Made by a program: the position numbers and the translations under genes. Of a DNA stretch of 64,000 nucleotides, positions 7,189 to 16,747 are shown in pieces (the stretch's first letter is position 1; the number at the start of each line of letters is the position of its first letter). The notes under the pieces are model-generated. The model made no database searches, was not told where the DNA came from, and saw only the letters and a list, made by a program, of their open reading frames with translations. This DNA comes from an uncultured Candidatus Saccharibacteria bacterium (lineage in GTDB: Bacteria; Patescibacteriota; Minisyncoccia; Phycocordibacterales; UBA918), in contig CAZWYM010000006.1 in assembly GCA_964638425.1 (NCBI GenBank), positions 3,054-67,053 on the forward strand, written 5' to 3'.

Positions 7189-9717
7189 TTAAACGATATG
7201 CCACGTTCCGCTCTGGAGACGTTCTTCGGCCTTCTTAAACTTAACCGTCTCAGTCGTGGTTCCGTCAGTAATGGTCACGAGTTCATTTCTACCTACTTTG
7301 TTTTCATTTCGAACTGGCGTTGCACTTGCGCTCGCACCTGCCTTTGTGTCGGTCTCTGAGCCACCAAGGAGAGCGATATGTGCCTGCGCCTTCTTGAGCT
7401 CTTCTTCTTCACGCTCAACCGCTTCAGGTCGAACGGTGGGGAGTAGCTCTGCGATACGGTGGAATGAAGCTTCCTGCATTTCCTTGAAAAGTCTAATACC
7501 TTCCTTTCGGTATTCAATGAGCGGGTCTTGCTGTCCGTACGCCCGTAAACTAACGCTTGAACGAGTATGTTGCATCACCTCAAGGTGTTCCACCCAGAGA
7601 ATGTCGTTAATCTGCAGCATTAATCTTCGGACAACTTCATTCCATGCCTCCACTCCAAACTCCTTTGAACGCTCTTCAATTACGGCCTCAATCTCTGGGA
7701 TAAATGCAATGAGTTCTTGAACGAGTCCTGCTACTTCTTCCTGTGTACCGAGGAGGAGCTTTCTTCGTCGCTCATACACAATTTGGCGCTGTTGGTTAAG
7801 GACATCGTCGTATGCCAAGACGTGCTTTCTTGAGTCAAAGTGGAAGCCTTCGATTTTCTTTTGCGCTGACTCAAGTGAACGGGTAATCATACTATTCTCA
7901 ATAGGTTGATCCTCAGGAATACCAAATCTTCCCATCATGTTTTTTACGGTATCGCTTGCAAAGACGCGCATAAGCGAATCGTCCATAGAAACGTAAAACT
8001 GTGTTTCCCCGCTATCTCCCTGACGCCCTGCGCGTCCACGAAGCTGATTGTCGATGCGTCGTGCCTCATGTCGCTCTGTTCCAAGAACAAAGAGTCCTCC
8101 AAGTGTCTTCACCTCCTCAACTTCGCTTGGTGTCGCCTTAATACCTCCGAGCTTAATGTCGACTCCACGTCCTGCCATGTTCGTTGCAAGGGTAATACGT
8201 CCTTTCTTTCCCGCTTCAGCAATGACTTCTCCTTCTCGCTCGTGGTTCTTTGCATTGAGCATTTCGTGTACGATGCCTGCCTTGGTAAGCTCTGCACTGA
8301 GGAGTTCGTTTTTATCGATAGATGCCGTACCAATAAGCAGTGGCTGACCCTTTTCGCTTATCTCTTTTACCTTTTTGATGATTGCGGTTATTTTCCCTTT
8401 TTCAGTTTGGAAAATGAGATCGTTGTGGTCAATACGTGCGACCGTTCGGTGGGTTGGCACTGGAATAACATCCAGCTTATACACCGAGTAAAATTCTTCT
8501 TGTGAGGTAAGTGCCGTTCCAGTCATCCCTGAAAGTTTTTCATACATCCTAAAGTAGTTTTGGAAGGTAATAGAAGCGTAGGTACGAGACTCCTGCTGAA
8601 TGGTTACACCTTCTTTAGCCTCAACCGCTTGATGGAGCCCATCTGACCATCTTCGCCCCTGCTGAAGTCTTCCGGTAAACTCATCAACAATAACCACCTC
8701 GTTATCCTTTACTACATACTCCTTATCTCGTGAATAGAGTGCTTTTGCGCGCACTGCTGTTTCAAGATGGTGTACATATTTTATTCCCTTGTCGGTATAA
8801 ATATTTTCGATGCCGAGGATTTTTTCTGCTGTTTCAATACCGTGGTCGGTAAGAGTAGCACTCTTTAGTTTTTCGTCGATGATATAGTCCACTTCATGTG
8901 AAAGCGAATTCGCTATTTTGGCAAAGATAGCATACAGGTTTTCTGAATCCTGTGCAGGTGCAGAAATAATGAGCGGTGTACGCGCTTCATCAATGAGGAT
9001 TGAGTCCACTTCGTCGATGATTGCATACGAATGACTTCGCTGACGTAAGTTTTTGACCTCGAACTCAATGTTGTCTCGGAGATAATCGAAACCATACTCG
9101 TTGTTTGTTCCATAGGTAATGTCTGCATCGTACGCCTCCTTACGCGTACATGGCCTGAGGAACTCATAGACAACTTTGTACGAACCTTCAGTATCTCGCT
9201 CACTATCTTTATCGAGATGGTTTGCGTCATAGAGGTATGAACCGTTCTGATTAATGATACCTACACTGAGACCAAGCGCTGTATACACCTGTCCCATCCA
9301 TACTCCGTCACGACGAGCCAGGTAATCGTTCACCGTAATCACATGCACACCTTTCCCCGTAAGCGCGTTTAAGTACGCAGGGAGTGTACCCACGAGTGTC
9401 TTTCCTTCTCCTGTGCGCATCTCGGTAATCTTCCCTCGATGTAAAATAACACCTCCGATAAGTTGCTCATCATAGTGGCGCTGTCCCAAGGTTCGCTTTG
9501 CAGCCTCACGCACCAGCGCAAATGCCCGTGGGAGCATATCATCAAGCGATGCGCCTGCTCGCACCTCCTTATTAAGCGTAGCGGAAGCCTCTTTTAATTC
9601 AGCGTCAGAGAGTGGTGAAATGTCAGCTTCAAGTGCGTTAATAGCACTAATAAGCGGACGAATCTCCTTAAGCTCCTTTTCGTATGTTGGTCCAAAAAAT
9701 TTATCTAAAAATGACAT
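7189..9717 (-). CDS. secA: Preprotein translocase ATPase SecA
   Basis: MRTGEGKT, VTVNDYLARRD-like, DEVDSILIDEARTPLIIS, ATNMAGRGVDI, QLRGRAGRQGD. Exact start (9717 or 9726) uncertain. Confidence 0.98.
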   Translation of the reverse strand: MSFLDKFFGPTYEKELKEIRPLISAINALEADISPLSDAELKEASATLNKEVRAGASLDDMLPRAFALVREAAKRTLGQRHYDEQLIGGVILHRGKITEMRTGEGKTLVGTLPAYLNALTGKGVHVITVNDYLARRDGVWMGQVYTALGLSVGIINQNGSYLYDANHLDKDSERDTEGSYKVVYEFLRPCTRKEAYDADITYGTNNEYGFDYLRDNIEFEVKNLRQRSHSYAIIDEVDSILIDEARTPLIISAPAQDSENLYAIFAKIANSLSHEVDYIIDEKLKSATLTDHGIETAEKILGIENIYTDKGIKYVHHLETAVRAKALYSRDKEYVVKDNEVVIVDEFTGRLQQGRRWSDGLHQAVEAKEGVTIQQESRTYASITFQNYFRMYEKLSGMTGTALTSQEEFYSVYKLDVIPVPTHRTVARIDHNDLIFQTEKGKITAIIKKVKEISEKGQPLLIGTASIDKNELLSAELTKAGIVHEMLNAKNHEREGEVIAEAGKKGRITLATNMAGRGVDIKLGGIKATPSEVEEVKTLGGLFVLGTERHEARRIDNQLRGRAGRQGDSGETQFYVSMDDSLMRVFASDTVKNMMGRFGIPEDQPIENSMITRSLESAQKKIEGFHFDSRKHVLAYDDVLNQQRQIVYERRRKLLLGTQEEVAGLVQELIAFIPEIEAVIEERSKEFGVEAWNEVVRRLMLQINDILWVEHLEVMQHTRSSVSLRAYGQQDPLIEYRKEGIRLFKEMQEASFHRIAELLPTVRPEAVEREEEELKKAQAHIALLGGSETDTKAGASASATPVRNENKVGRNELVTITDGTTTETVKFKKAEERLQSGTWHIV

Positions 9718-9840
9718 AAATGTCATACAGCATACCATAATTTTGTCCTGTATCTAGAGAACCTCACATTTCGTAAAAATTCGAGGGGTGAGAAAGCGTG
9801 GGACGCTTTTGCAAGGCTTTTTATTGACTCACCACATACA

Positions 9841-9870
9841 AAAACACCGTCTCGTGAGAGAAGGTGTTTT
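9841..9870. terminator. Terminator hairpin after the histone-like gene
   Basis: aaaacacc.tctc-gtga-gaga.ggtgtttt. Confidence 0.65.
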
Positions 9871-9901
9871 AGTGTGTTGGAAGAATCTCTCCTAAAAGAG
9901 A

Positions 9902-10048
9902 CTACGCTCGCTTTGCTGTCTTTCTTTTTGCGGTCTTCTTAGCAACTTTCTTTTTTGCTGGAGCCTTCTTAGCAACTTTCTTTGCTACTTTCTTTTTTGC
10001 TGGAGCCTTCTTAGCAACTTTCTTTGCTACTTTCTTTTTTGCTGGCAT
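9902..10048 (-). CDS. 48-aa Lys/Ala-rich histone H1-like peptide
   Basis: Below the ORF-track cutoff. Translates to MPAKKKVAKKVAKKAPAKKKVAKKVAKKAPAKKKVAKKTAKRKTAKRA*, built from a 42-bp repeat and followed by a hairpin. Confidence 0.85.
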   Translation of the reverse strand: MPAKKKVAKKVAKKAPAKKKVAKKVAKKAPAKKKVAKKTAKRKTAKRA

Positions 10049-10263
10049 GATTTGAAATTGAAGTTTTACTCATTAACAATTCGACCGCATTATTCTCTTC
10101 TCAAAGAGCATTGTGCAAAGAGAACATCTGCTTAAGTACATTATCAGTGATAGAAAAAATTACACAAGAAAAAAATAAAAAAATATGTGGATAAATATTT
10201 TTAAAAAAATATTTTTTATTTTTTATTTTTAAAAATAATTTCTTGAAAAAAATTTTCAAGAAA

Positions 10264-11295
10264 TTATTTTAAAATAGTTACTTCTCTTTCGACGATGAGT
10301 CCTGTCTCCTCCATGACTCTATCAATTATTTTTTGAGAAAAGTTTTTTATATTTTCTGACGACGTTCCCTTCTCACACACAAGAACAAGTGCCTGCTCCT
10401 CAAAAAGACCAACTCCATCTTCTCGGTGACCCTTAAGGTGCAGTACCGAATCAAGCACCCAACCAAGCGGTATTTTGACCATACCCCCTGACACTGCATA
10501 CCCAGGGATGTCTGGATACTTCACTTGCAGTGATTCGTATTCGCTTTTTGGAATGATAGGATTTTTAAAAAATGACCCTGCTGTTCCTACTATGTTCCAG
10601 TCGGGAAATTTTTTACTTCGTATCGCCAAGACCGCAACACGCACTTCATCAATACTTGGTGTCGAATTCTCACGAAAATATATTTCCAAATCTTTATACG
10701 CTAACTTTCTTTGTGGTGTGTGCGTGACTACACACGTAACAGAAAGAATAATATATTTTTTTTCATCTTCATGTTTAAACAATGAATCACGATATCCAAA
10801 TCGACATGCTTCATTAGTGAGTTCATCAACGGTATCGGTTTCTGTGTTGTATACAGAAACACACACCACAACATCCTTTGCTTCAACTCCATATGCACCC
10901 ACATTCTGAATGGGTACTGCACCCATTGTACCGGGGATGCCTGATAGGTTTTCGAGTCCCCATAATTTTCTTTGTACAAGTTCGAGAACACATGTGTCGA
11001 GAGAGACTCCCGCTCCAATAGTTACGTGCACCGTGTCGCTATCAATTTCTGTATAGAGTATCTCCGTACATTGCACTCGAATGACAAGCCCTTTCACTCC
11101 CCCGTCTTCAACGAGAATGTTTGACCCGCCTCCAAGGATAGTAATGGGGTGGTGCTCCTTCTTAGCCCACATAACGACATCGCGAAGTTCAGCTTGTGTC
11201 TTTACGGTAACAAAAAATTCCGCCTTTCCCCCGGCACCAAGTGTGGTGTAGGGAGCGAGCGGAATATTTTGTGTGATTGCGTGTGGCATGTTCAT
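10264..11295 (-). CDS. murB: UDP-N-acetylmuramate dehydrogenase
   Basis: LGGGSNIL, GIPGTMGAVPIQNVGAYG, FGYRDS, AGSFFKNP, QALVL, EREV. Confidence 0.97.
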   Translation of the reverse strand: MNMPHAITQNIPLAPYTTLGAGGKAEFFVTVKTQAELRDVVMWAKKEHHPITILGGGSNILVEDGGVKGLVIRVQCTEILYTEIDSDTVHVTIGAGVSLDTCVLELVQRKLWGLENLSGIPGTMGAVPIQNVGAYGVEAKDVVVCVSVYNTETDTVDELTNEACRFGYRDSLFKHEDEKKYIILSVTCVVTHTPQRKLAYKDLEIYFRENSTPSIDEVRVAVLAIRSKKFPDWNIVGTAGSFFKNPIIPKSEYESLQVKYPDIPGYAVSGGMVKIPLGWVLDSVLHLKGHREDGVGLFEEQALVLVCEKGTSSENIKNFSQKIIDRVMEETGLIVEREVTILK

Positions 11296-11318
11296 ACTCT
11301 GTAGTATGACACGTGTTC

Positions 11319-13565
11319 CTACTGACCAGTGACGTTTACGGGAACAGTTTTCCCGTTTATTTCTACGGTCGCTGGTGCATTGACCCCTTTTGTCTTTGAT
11401 TCAGCAACAATGCTCGCTATGAATTGGTCAGCTTGTTCTTTGAATGCTGGGATATCGGTACTTGCCTTTTTAAGAACTTCTATCGCCTTTGCCATATCTC
11501 CAGACTCGTTGAGTATGTATGCGAGATTGGTTCGTGCTTGCATATCGTCTGGCTTAGTCTCTACTTGCAGAGTAAACATTTCAATAAGAAGTGGGTACAT
11601 CTTTGCTTTATATGCTGCTTGGATTGCGTACTGATTTGCAGCAAAAGCTGATTTTTGCTCTGGTGTCTGAATAAGCTCATCAACAAGACCGAGTTGCCCG
11701 CTGTATATTGCAGACATTGCGTAGTACACACGAGAATCACTAAACTGTGGCCCAAGGTCATACGCCTCCTTGAAGAGTGCTGTCGCCTTATCGTATTCCT
11801 GTGTTTGGAGACGAGCGAGACCCTGCTCAAAAATGACGAGCTGTTTGTTTGGTGAAAGCGATCGAGCGATATCAAGTTGTGCAATTGCAGCCTCGGTATT
11901 ATTGGTAACCCGATAGAATGACGCAATAAACATGTGGATGCGTGCATCCCCTGGCTTTTCTTCAGCTTGCTTGAGGAGCTCTTCTTCAACGCGTTTGAAT
12001 GCTCCCTTCTTTACCTCCTCAGAAACTTCTGGTGCTTGAAGGATTGATTGCACTTTCTGTGTCATTTGTTCTCGAATTTCTTGGTTACCAAAAGAATTGT
12101 GTGCAAGAGCAGTATCAAACCACTGCAACATCACTTCTGGGTCCTTTGCTCGAAATGCTTCGATAATATCCTTTGATGCTTGAATTCCTGGAACATTCAC
12201 AAAATAGATAACAATGACAATGAGTACCGCGATAACTGGCGCAACGACTTGATCGACGATGCGTGAATCGATTTTGAATTTGGTGAAGAATGAAATTGGT
12301 GTCCCTACTCTCGAGTGAATATATGCGAGTATCGTACCGTAGAAAATATAACTGACGATATTGTCGAATACGAAGACGTTGTGGATGAGGTACCCCGTAA
12401 GGATACCGATGAGCACTCCTCGCTCAACAACGGTAAAGCTATCATCCCCCTTCTTAATGAGCGGGCGAAGGAACAGATAGTACATCGCAGAAAAGAAGAT
12501 TGCGAAATATGAGATGAGTCCAAGTGCTCCTCCAGCAATGAGCCAGTCCATCACAATATTGTGCACTCTATCGAACCACGCCTCACCCCCATGGAGTTCA
12601 GGTCGATAGTACTTGTTAAACACATAGTTGTAGTTACCCTGACCCCAGCCGAGAAGTGGGCGTTCCTTCACTCCCTCGAATGCCATACTCCAAATATTGA
12701 AGCGGTTACCTCCTTCCTTGAGTGAAATAGTTGAAATACGCTGGAGGTATGGGTTCCCCTGAATAAATGATGATTCCTTAAAGGTAATGAAGAGACCAAC
12801 AAGTACCATGATGCCAACGATTCCACCTACTGCTATTTTTCGTATCTTTGGTCGATCATTTGAGAAGAGCGCTACGTACGCAACCATCACAAACGAACCA
12901 ATGACAAACCCAAGTACCGTTCCACGAGTAGCAGTCTGAATAAGGAGATACGTAAAGAGGAGTGCGAGGATGCCGTAGGTGTACTTCATTCCGTTAGTCT
13001 TTGCCCGGAAGAGCATAAAGAATGTAATGAAAATAAGGAAGAGTGTATAGATAGCCATGTACGCTGAGTTCCCCAACGTTCCATCAAGACGTCCGCCTCC
13101 TTGGTTGATAACGATATTTCCAGAGAGCTGTGCAAATGCGTAGAGCGAGAGTATCAACGCGACACCAATGATAGTCTTGAAATATCTATCCCAAAGCACA
13201 GGTGTCTTGAGAACGCTTCCCACTACGAGCATGTAGAGGAATGTATGCACGAGGGTTACGTACCCTTCCATACGCTCGAAGTTGCTCCAAAAACTCTGTT
13301 CTGGGCTCTCCCCATTCCAGTTAGCAACGAACATAACGGCGAGAAAAGCGAGAAAACTTGCAACAATCCATGAAAATTTAGGACGGTACTCTACATCATA
13401 GAATGCGAGTGCAACCCATGCTGCAAAAATAATTTCTACGAGGATTCTAAACGTGAAGTTTTTTCCGGTAATAAATGGGAAAAACATCGTGTTAGAAATA
13501 ATAAGAACAACGAATGGAATGGCGAACATTCCAAGATATATGAGTCCACGTGCTAAATCTCGCAT
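11319..13565 (-). CDS. O-antigen ligase / oligosaccharyltransferase family (Wzy_C) protein with C-terminal TPRs
   Basis: Many TM helices; RLDGTLGNS, TATRG, RPLLGWGQGNY, FDRVHN motifs; TPR-like helical tail. Confidence 0.88.
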   Translation of the reverse strand: MRDLARGLIYLGMFAIPFVVLIISNTMFFPFITGKNFTFRILVEIIFAAWVALAFYDVEYRPKFSWIVASFLAFLAVMFVANWNGESPEQSFWSNFERMEGYVTLVHTFLYMLVVGSVLKTPVLWDRYFKTIIGVALILSLYAFAQLSGNIVINQGGGRLDGTLGNSAYMAIYTLFLIFITFFMLFRAKTNGMKYTYGILALLFTYLLIQTATRGTVLGFVIGSFVMVAYVALFSNDRPKIRKIAVGGIVGIMVLVGLFITFKESSFIQGNPYLQRISTISLKEGGNRFNIWSMAFEGVKERPLLGWGQGNYNYVFNKYYRPELHGGEAWFDRVHNIVMDWLIAGGALGLISYFAIFFSAMYYLFLRPLIKKGDDSFTVVERGVLIGILTGYLIHNVFVFDNIVSYIFYGTILAYIHSRVGTPISFFTKFKIDSRIVDQVVAPVIAVLIVIVIYFVNVPGIQASKDIIEAFRAKDPEVMLQWFDTALAHNSFGNQEIREQMTQKVQSILQAPEVSEEVKKGAFKRVEEELLKQAEEKPGDARIHMFIASFYRVTNNTEAAIAQLDIARSLSPNKQLVIFEQGLARLQTQEYDKATALFKEAYDLGPQFSDSRVYYAMSAIYSGQLGLVDELIQTPEQKSAFAANQYAIQAAYKAKMYPLLIEMFTLQVETKPDDMQARTNLAYILNESGDMAKAIEVLKKASTDIPAFKEQADQFIASIVAESKTKGVNAPATVEINGKTVPVNVTGQ

Positions 13566-13726
13566 ATTTTATTTTTAAATTTCTTAAAGGTCGCCAATAC
13601 TATACCATAGTATATATATGGGTTTTGATGGACCCCGTACTGCAAAACTACCTCATGAATTGGTCAATACAGCACAAATTAAAAGACCCCATTCATGGCT
13701 AAAAGTGTCATGATATACTTACGCCT

Positions 13727-14449
13727 ATGTCAGACCAGGCACACAAACTCTCTATCATTATTCCTGCATATAATGAAGAAGAGACTATAGAAGCTATCCT
13801 TGAGAAAATCCGAAATGTCGATTTGTCTCACTTTTCCGTTACCAAGGAAATCATCATTGTGGACGATGGCTCGAAAGACACGACCGTCTCCCGAATTGAA
13901 TCTTTTAAAGAGAGGCACCTCGACACCCCTATAACACTTGTTCAAAAAAAGAACGGTGGAAAAGGTTCTGCGATTACCACCGCAATTCCCTACTGCACCG
14001 GTGATATCACCATCATTCAAGATGCGGATTTGGAATACGAACCACAAGATTATGGAGCACTCATCGAACCAATTCTTTCGGGTACGGTAGATGTGGTGTA
14101 CGGATCACGGCGAATCAACAAAACAAATGTCCAATATTCAGGACTCTCTTTCTACCTTGGTGGTATGGTACTTACCGTACTCGCAAACGTTCTCTATAAC
14201 ATTCGCCTTACCGATGAACCAACGTGTTACAAGGTATTCAAAACTTCACTCCTTAAAGACATTCCCCTTACCTGCACCCGATTTGAGTTCTGCCCGGAGG
14301 TAACCGCAAAAATTGCTAAGCGAAAAATAAAAATCCTTGAAGTGCCTATCTCCTACTATCCGCGTTCTGTAGCTGAAGGAAAGAAAATCAATTGGAAAGA
14401 CGGGGTAGAAGGTATTTGGACACTTATCAAATATCGTTTCATCAATTAG
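13727..14449 (+). CDS. GT2 polyprenol-phosphate glycosyltransferase (DPM synthase-like)
   Basis: IIIPAYNEE, VDDGSKD, QDADLEY, VYGSR. Confidence 0.93.
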   Translation: MSDQAHKLSIIIPAYNEEETIEAILEKIRNVDLSHFSVTKEIIIVDDGSKDTTVSRIESFKERHLDTPITLVQKKNGGKGSAITTAIPYCTGDITIIQDADLEYEPQDYGALIEPILSGTVDVVYGSRRINKTNVQYSGLSFYLGGMVLTVLANVLYNIRLTDEPTCYKVFKTSLLKDIPLTCTRFEFCPEVTAKIAKRKIKILEVPISYYPRSVAEGKKINWKDGVEGIWTLIKYRFIN

Positions 14450-14453
14450 CACA

Positions 14454-14861
14454 ATGAGGGCATCAATAGAAAAAATCTTATCCTTTAGGCTTATCCGGTT
14501 TTTCATTTCCGGAGGATTGAGTGCCGTCATACATATTGGTACGGTATTTGTACTTACACATGTACTTTCAGTGTGGTATCTCTACGCAACCACCATAGGT
14601 TTCATTTCTGCGGTTGGTTTTAATTTTGTCATGCAGAAATTTTTCACGTTCCGTGACGGAGAGACTGATGGAGTACGTCGTCAGTTTCTTCTCTTTTTCA
14701 CCGTTGCAACGATAAACCTCGTCATTAATGGTGTACTCATGGTTTTCTTTGTAGAACAAGTATCACTCACCCCTGTCCCAGCACAGATAAGCACCTCGGT
14801 CATTATCGCGGTGTGGTCTTACATCGTCTACGGTAAGCTCTTTTCTACAAAAGGATTGTAA
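14454..14861 (+). CDS. GtrA family flippase
   Basis: 135 aa, 4 TM, RFFISG...NFVMQKFFTF. Confidence 0.88.
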   Translation: MRASIEKILSFRLIRFFISGGLSAVIHIGTVFVLTHVLSVWYLYATTIGFISAVGFNFVMQKFFTFRDGETDGVRRQFLLFFTVATINLVINGVLMVFFVEQVSLTPVPAQISTSVIIAVWSYIVYGKLFSTKGL

Positions 14862-15951
14862 AGAGTGACCCTTTCCCTGAAATAATAAAAAGTCCTACGG
14901 ATGCGAGTACCGGTAGCACATAGAGTGACACCTTTAATACGTTCGCCCATTTGCTACTGTATTGGGCGTGAAGCACTCGAACCCCGAGAAGTGCCATTGG
15001 TACAAAAAATAAAAACTGAATGAAGAGCACGCGCGAAATAAATATTTTCCACATGAGTACAGGAAGTGATGCAAGAAGGAGTGCAAAGGTGAGTGCGTAC
15101 GCGTGCTGTATCTGTACACGTTTTGTGAGAACAGCAACAAAGCCAACGAGTGCGTATACGAGGAGGATGCTGAATGCTGAAGCGAGTACAGGAATGAGCT
15201 GAAATACTTGATAGTGTGCTTCGCTAAATTCCCCATCGGTAACCTGTCCGTACCAATCGAGGAAGGTAGGAAATCCAGAATATGCAAGGTACCCAATGAG
15301 AAGGGCTTCAAGAATGAGTGCTGGCAGTGCGAGAAACGCAATAAATTTCATAGTCGCCTGTAGCGCTCGCTCCTTGTAGGTAAAAAGAATATACAACCCT
15401 CCAAAAATGAGACCAAAAACACCCGGCTCTTTAATCGTTCCACCAATGAAACCAATGAGCGACGCAAAGAAAATGCTTCTTCCTGAGTTCGTTCGTACTG
15501 CTCTTACGATAAGGTATGCGGTAAGAAGTGCAAAAAGCCAACTTCCTAAGTCGGTGCCAATCGCCAAACCGTATTTTAAGAGTGGGTAGCCTGTTGTAAT
15601 CCAAAGCGCACCCCACGTCGCCTCTTCTTCAGAAAAGTGAATTTCACGAAGAAATGCAAAGGCAACAAACGGGAGCGCTACGAGAAAAATGAGATTGAGA
15701 AGTTGCAGTGCCTCTACTGGTGTAATAAACGGCACGAGGAGACTCCCCCACACTCCAGTAAAGGGTTTAAATGCACGTAGTGCAACATCGCGAGGGATAG
15801 GCGAAAGTTCCCCCGCTTCAAACTGCGTAATTTGTGACACGTACATGTCTCCATCAATGCGCATACTAAATGGTTCAATGACAATGAAACTTAGAAATGC
15901 GACACAGGTTGCAACAAGAATGAAAAGATACGGTCGAAGTGAAGTTGTCAT
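14845..15951 (-). CDS. Polytopic membrane protein, probable GT-C glycosyltransferase
   Basis: About 10 TM; DG.MY in the first loop, TD and KE motifs; adjacent to GT2 and GtrA. Confidence 0.6.
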   Translation of the reverse strand: MTTSLRPYLFILVATCVAFLSFIVIEPFSMRIDGDMYVSQITQFEAGELSPIPRDVALRAFKPFTGVWGSLLVPFITPVEALQLLNLIFLVALPFVAFAFLREIHFSEEEATWGALWITTGYPLLKYGLAIGTDLGSWLFALLTAYLIVRAVRTNSGRSIFFASLIGFIGGTIKEPGVFGLIFGGLYILFTYKERALQATMKFIAFLALPALILEALLIGYLAYSGFPTFLDWYGQVTDGEFSEAHYQVFQLIPVLASAFSILLVYALVGFVAVLTKRVQIQHAYALTFALLLASLPVLMWKIFISRVLFIQFLFFVPMALLGVRVLHAQYSSKWANVLKVSLYVLPVLASVGLFIISGKGSLFTILL

Positions 15952-15984
15952 ACAAAGTGATGCGCGCGAGGAATTTCCTATACC

Positions 15985-16713
15985 CTACTCATGCGTAGGT
16001 GCAGAATTATTCTTCCCACAAACTGCGTAGATATTTTTTCCAAACCAATGGCGGAGGATGGGGTCGGCGATACGATTGCATGGGAAAACGACGCGGTCAA
16101 AAAACCATATCTTTCCCTTTGTCACCTGATCTGGTTTTGCTTTGAGGAATTTAAATACGTACGCTGCGAGAAACCCGAGAGTGTCATAGTATCGTATCTT
16201 CTCAATTGTATAACCGCTATCAATCAAAACTTTTTGTAAATCGGGAATATGGTACCGTCGAAAATGTCCGAGCATTGCATCAAAGTCTGAGTACAACACC
16301 TGAAACGCAGGGACATAGACAAAGAGTTTTCCTGTTGGTTTTAACTTCTTTTGAAGCTTCGTCATGACGCCCACATGATCTTCAATGTGTTCGAGTACGT
16401 TGAGACTGTAAATGAGGTCACACGATTCATCGGGAACATCATCGAGATTTTCAAATACCGTAAAGCCATCCGCGCGTAAATGAGCACATTCGTCTTTGTC
16501 GATTTCTACACAGAGTGGGTTGTAGCCTCGGTCACGAAGAATTTTTGAAAAGGTACCCACTCCTGCACCGAAGTCGAGAATACTACTTTCTTTAGTTGCT
16601 CCGGTGCGCAGGAGGAGCTCGGTGAGCGCGCGGTTATAATTGACCGCTTCGTTCATATTCTCGAGTGCCTTTGTACCACTATACGAAAATACCTCTGTCT
16701 CTGGGCTACTCAT
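15985..16713 (-). CDS. Class I SAM-dependent methyltransferase
   Basis: ILDFGAGVG, NVLEHIED, LKPTG, GHFRRY. Confidence 0.9.
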   Translation of the reverse strand: MSSPETEVFSYSGTKALENMNEAVNYNRALTELLLRTGATKESSILDFGAGVGTFSKILRDRGYNPLCVEIDKDECAHLRADGFTVFENLDDVPDESCDLIYSLNVLEHIEDHVGVMTKLQKKLKPTGKLFVYVPAFQVLYSDFDAMLGHFRRYHIPDLQKVLIDSGYTIEKIRYYDTLGFLAAYVFKFLKAKPDQVTKGKIWFFDRVVFPCNRIADPILRHWFGKNIYAVCGKNNSAPTHE

Positions 16714-16747
16714 ATTGATGTATTAAGAATGTTATAGATGCGGACAA

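Noticed and set aside
10150-10262. Replication origin
   Set aside because: Only one perfect DnaA box and no dnaA/dnaN nearby; kept only as a possible regulatory site.
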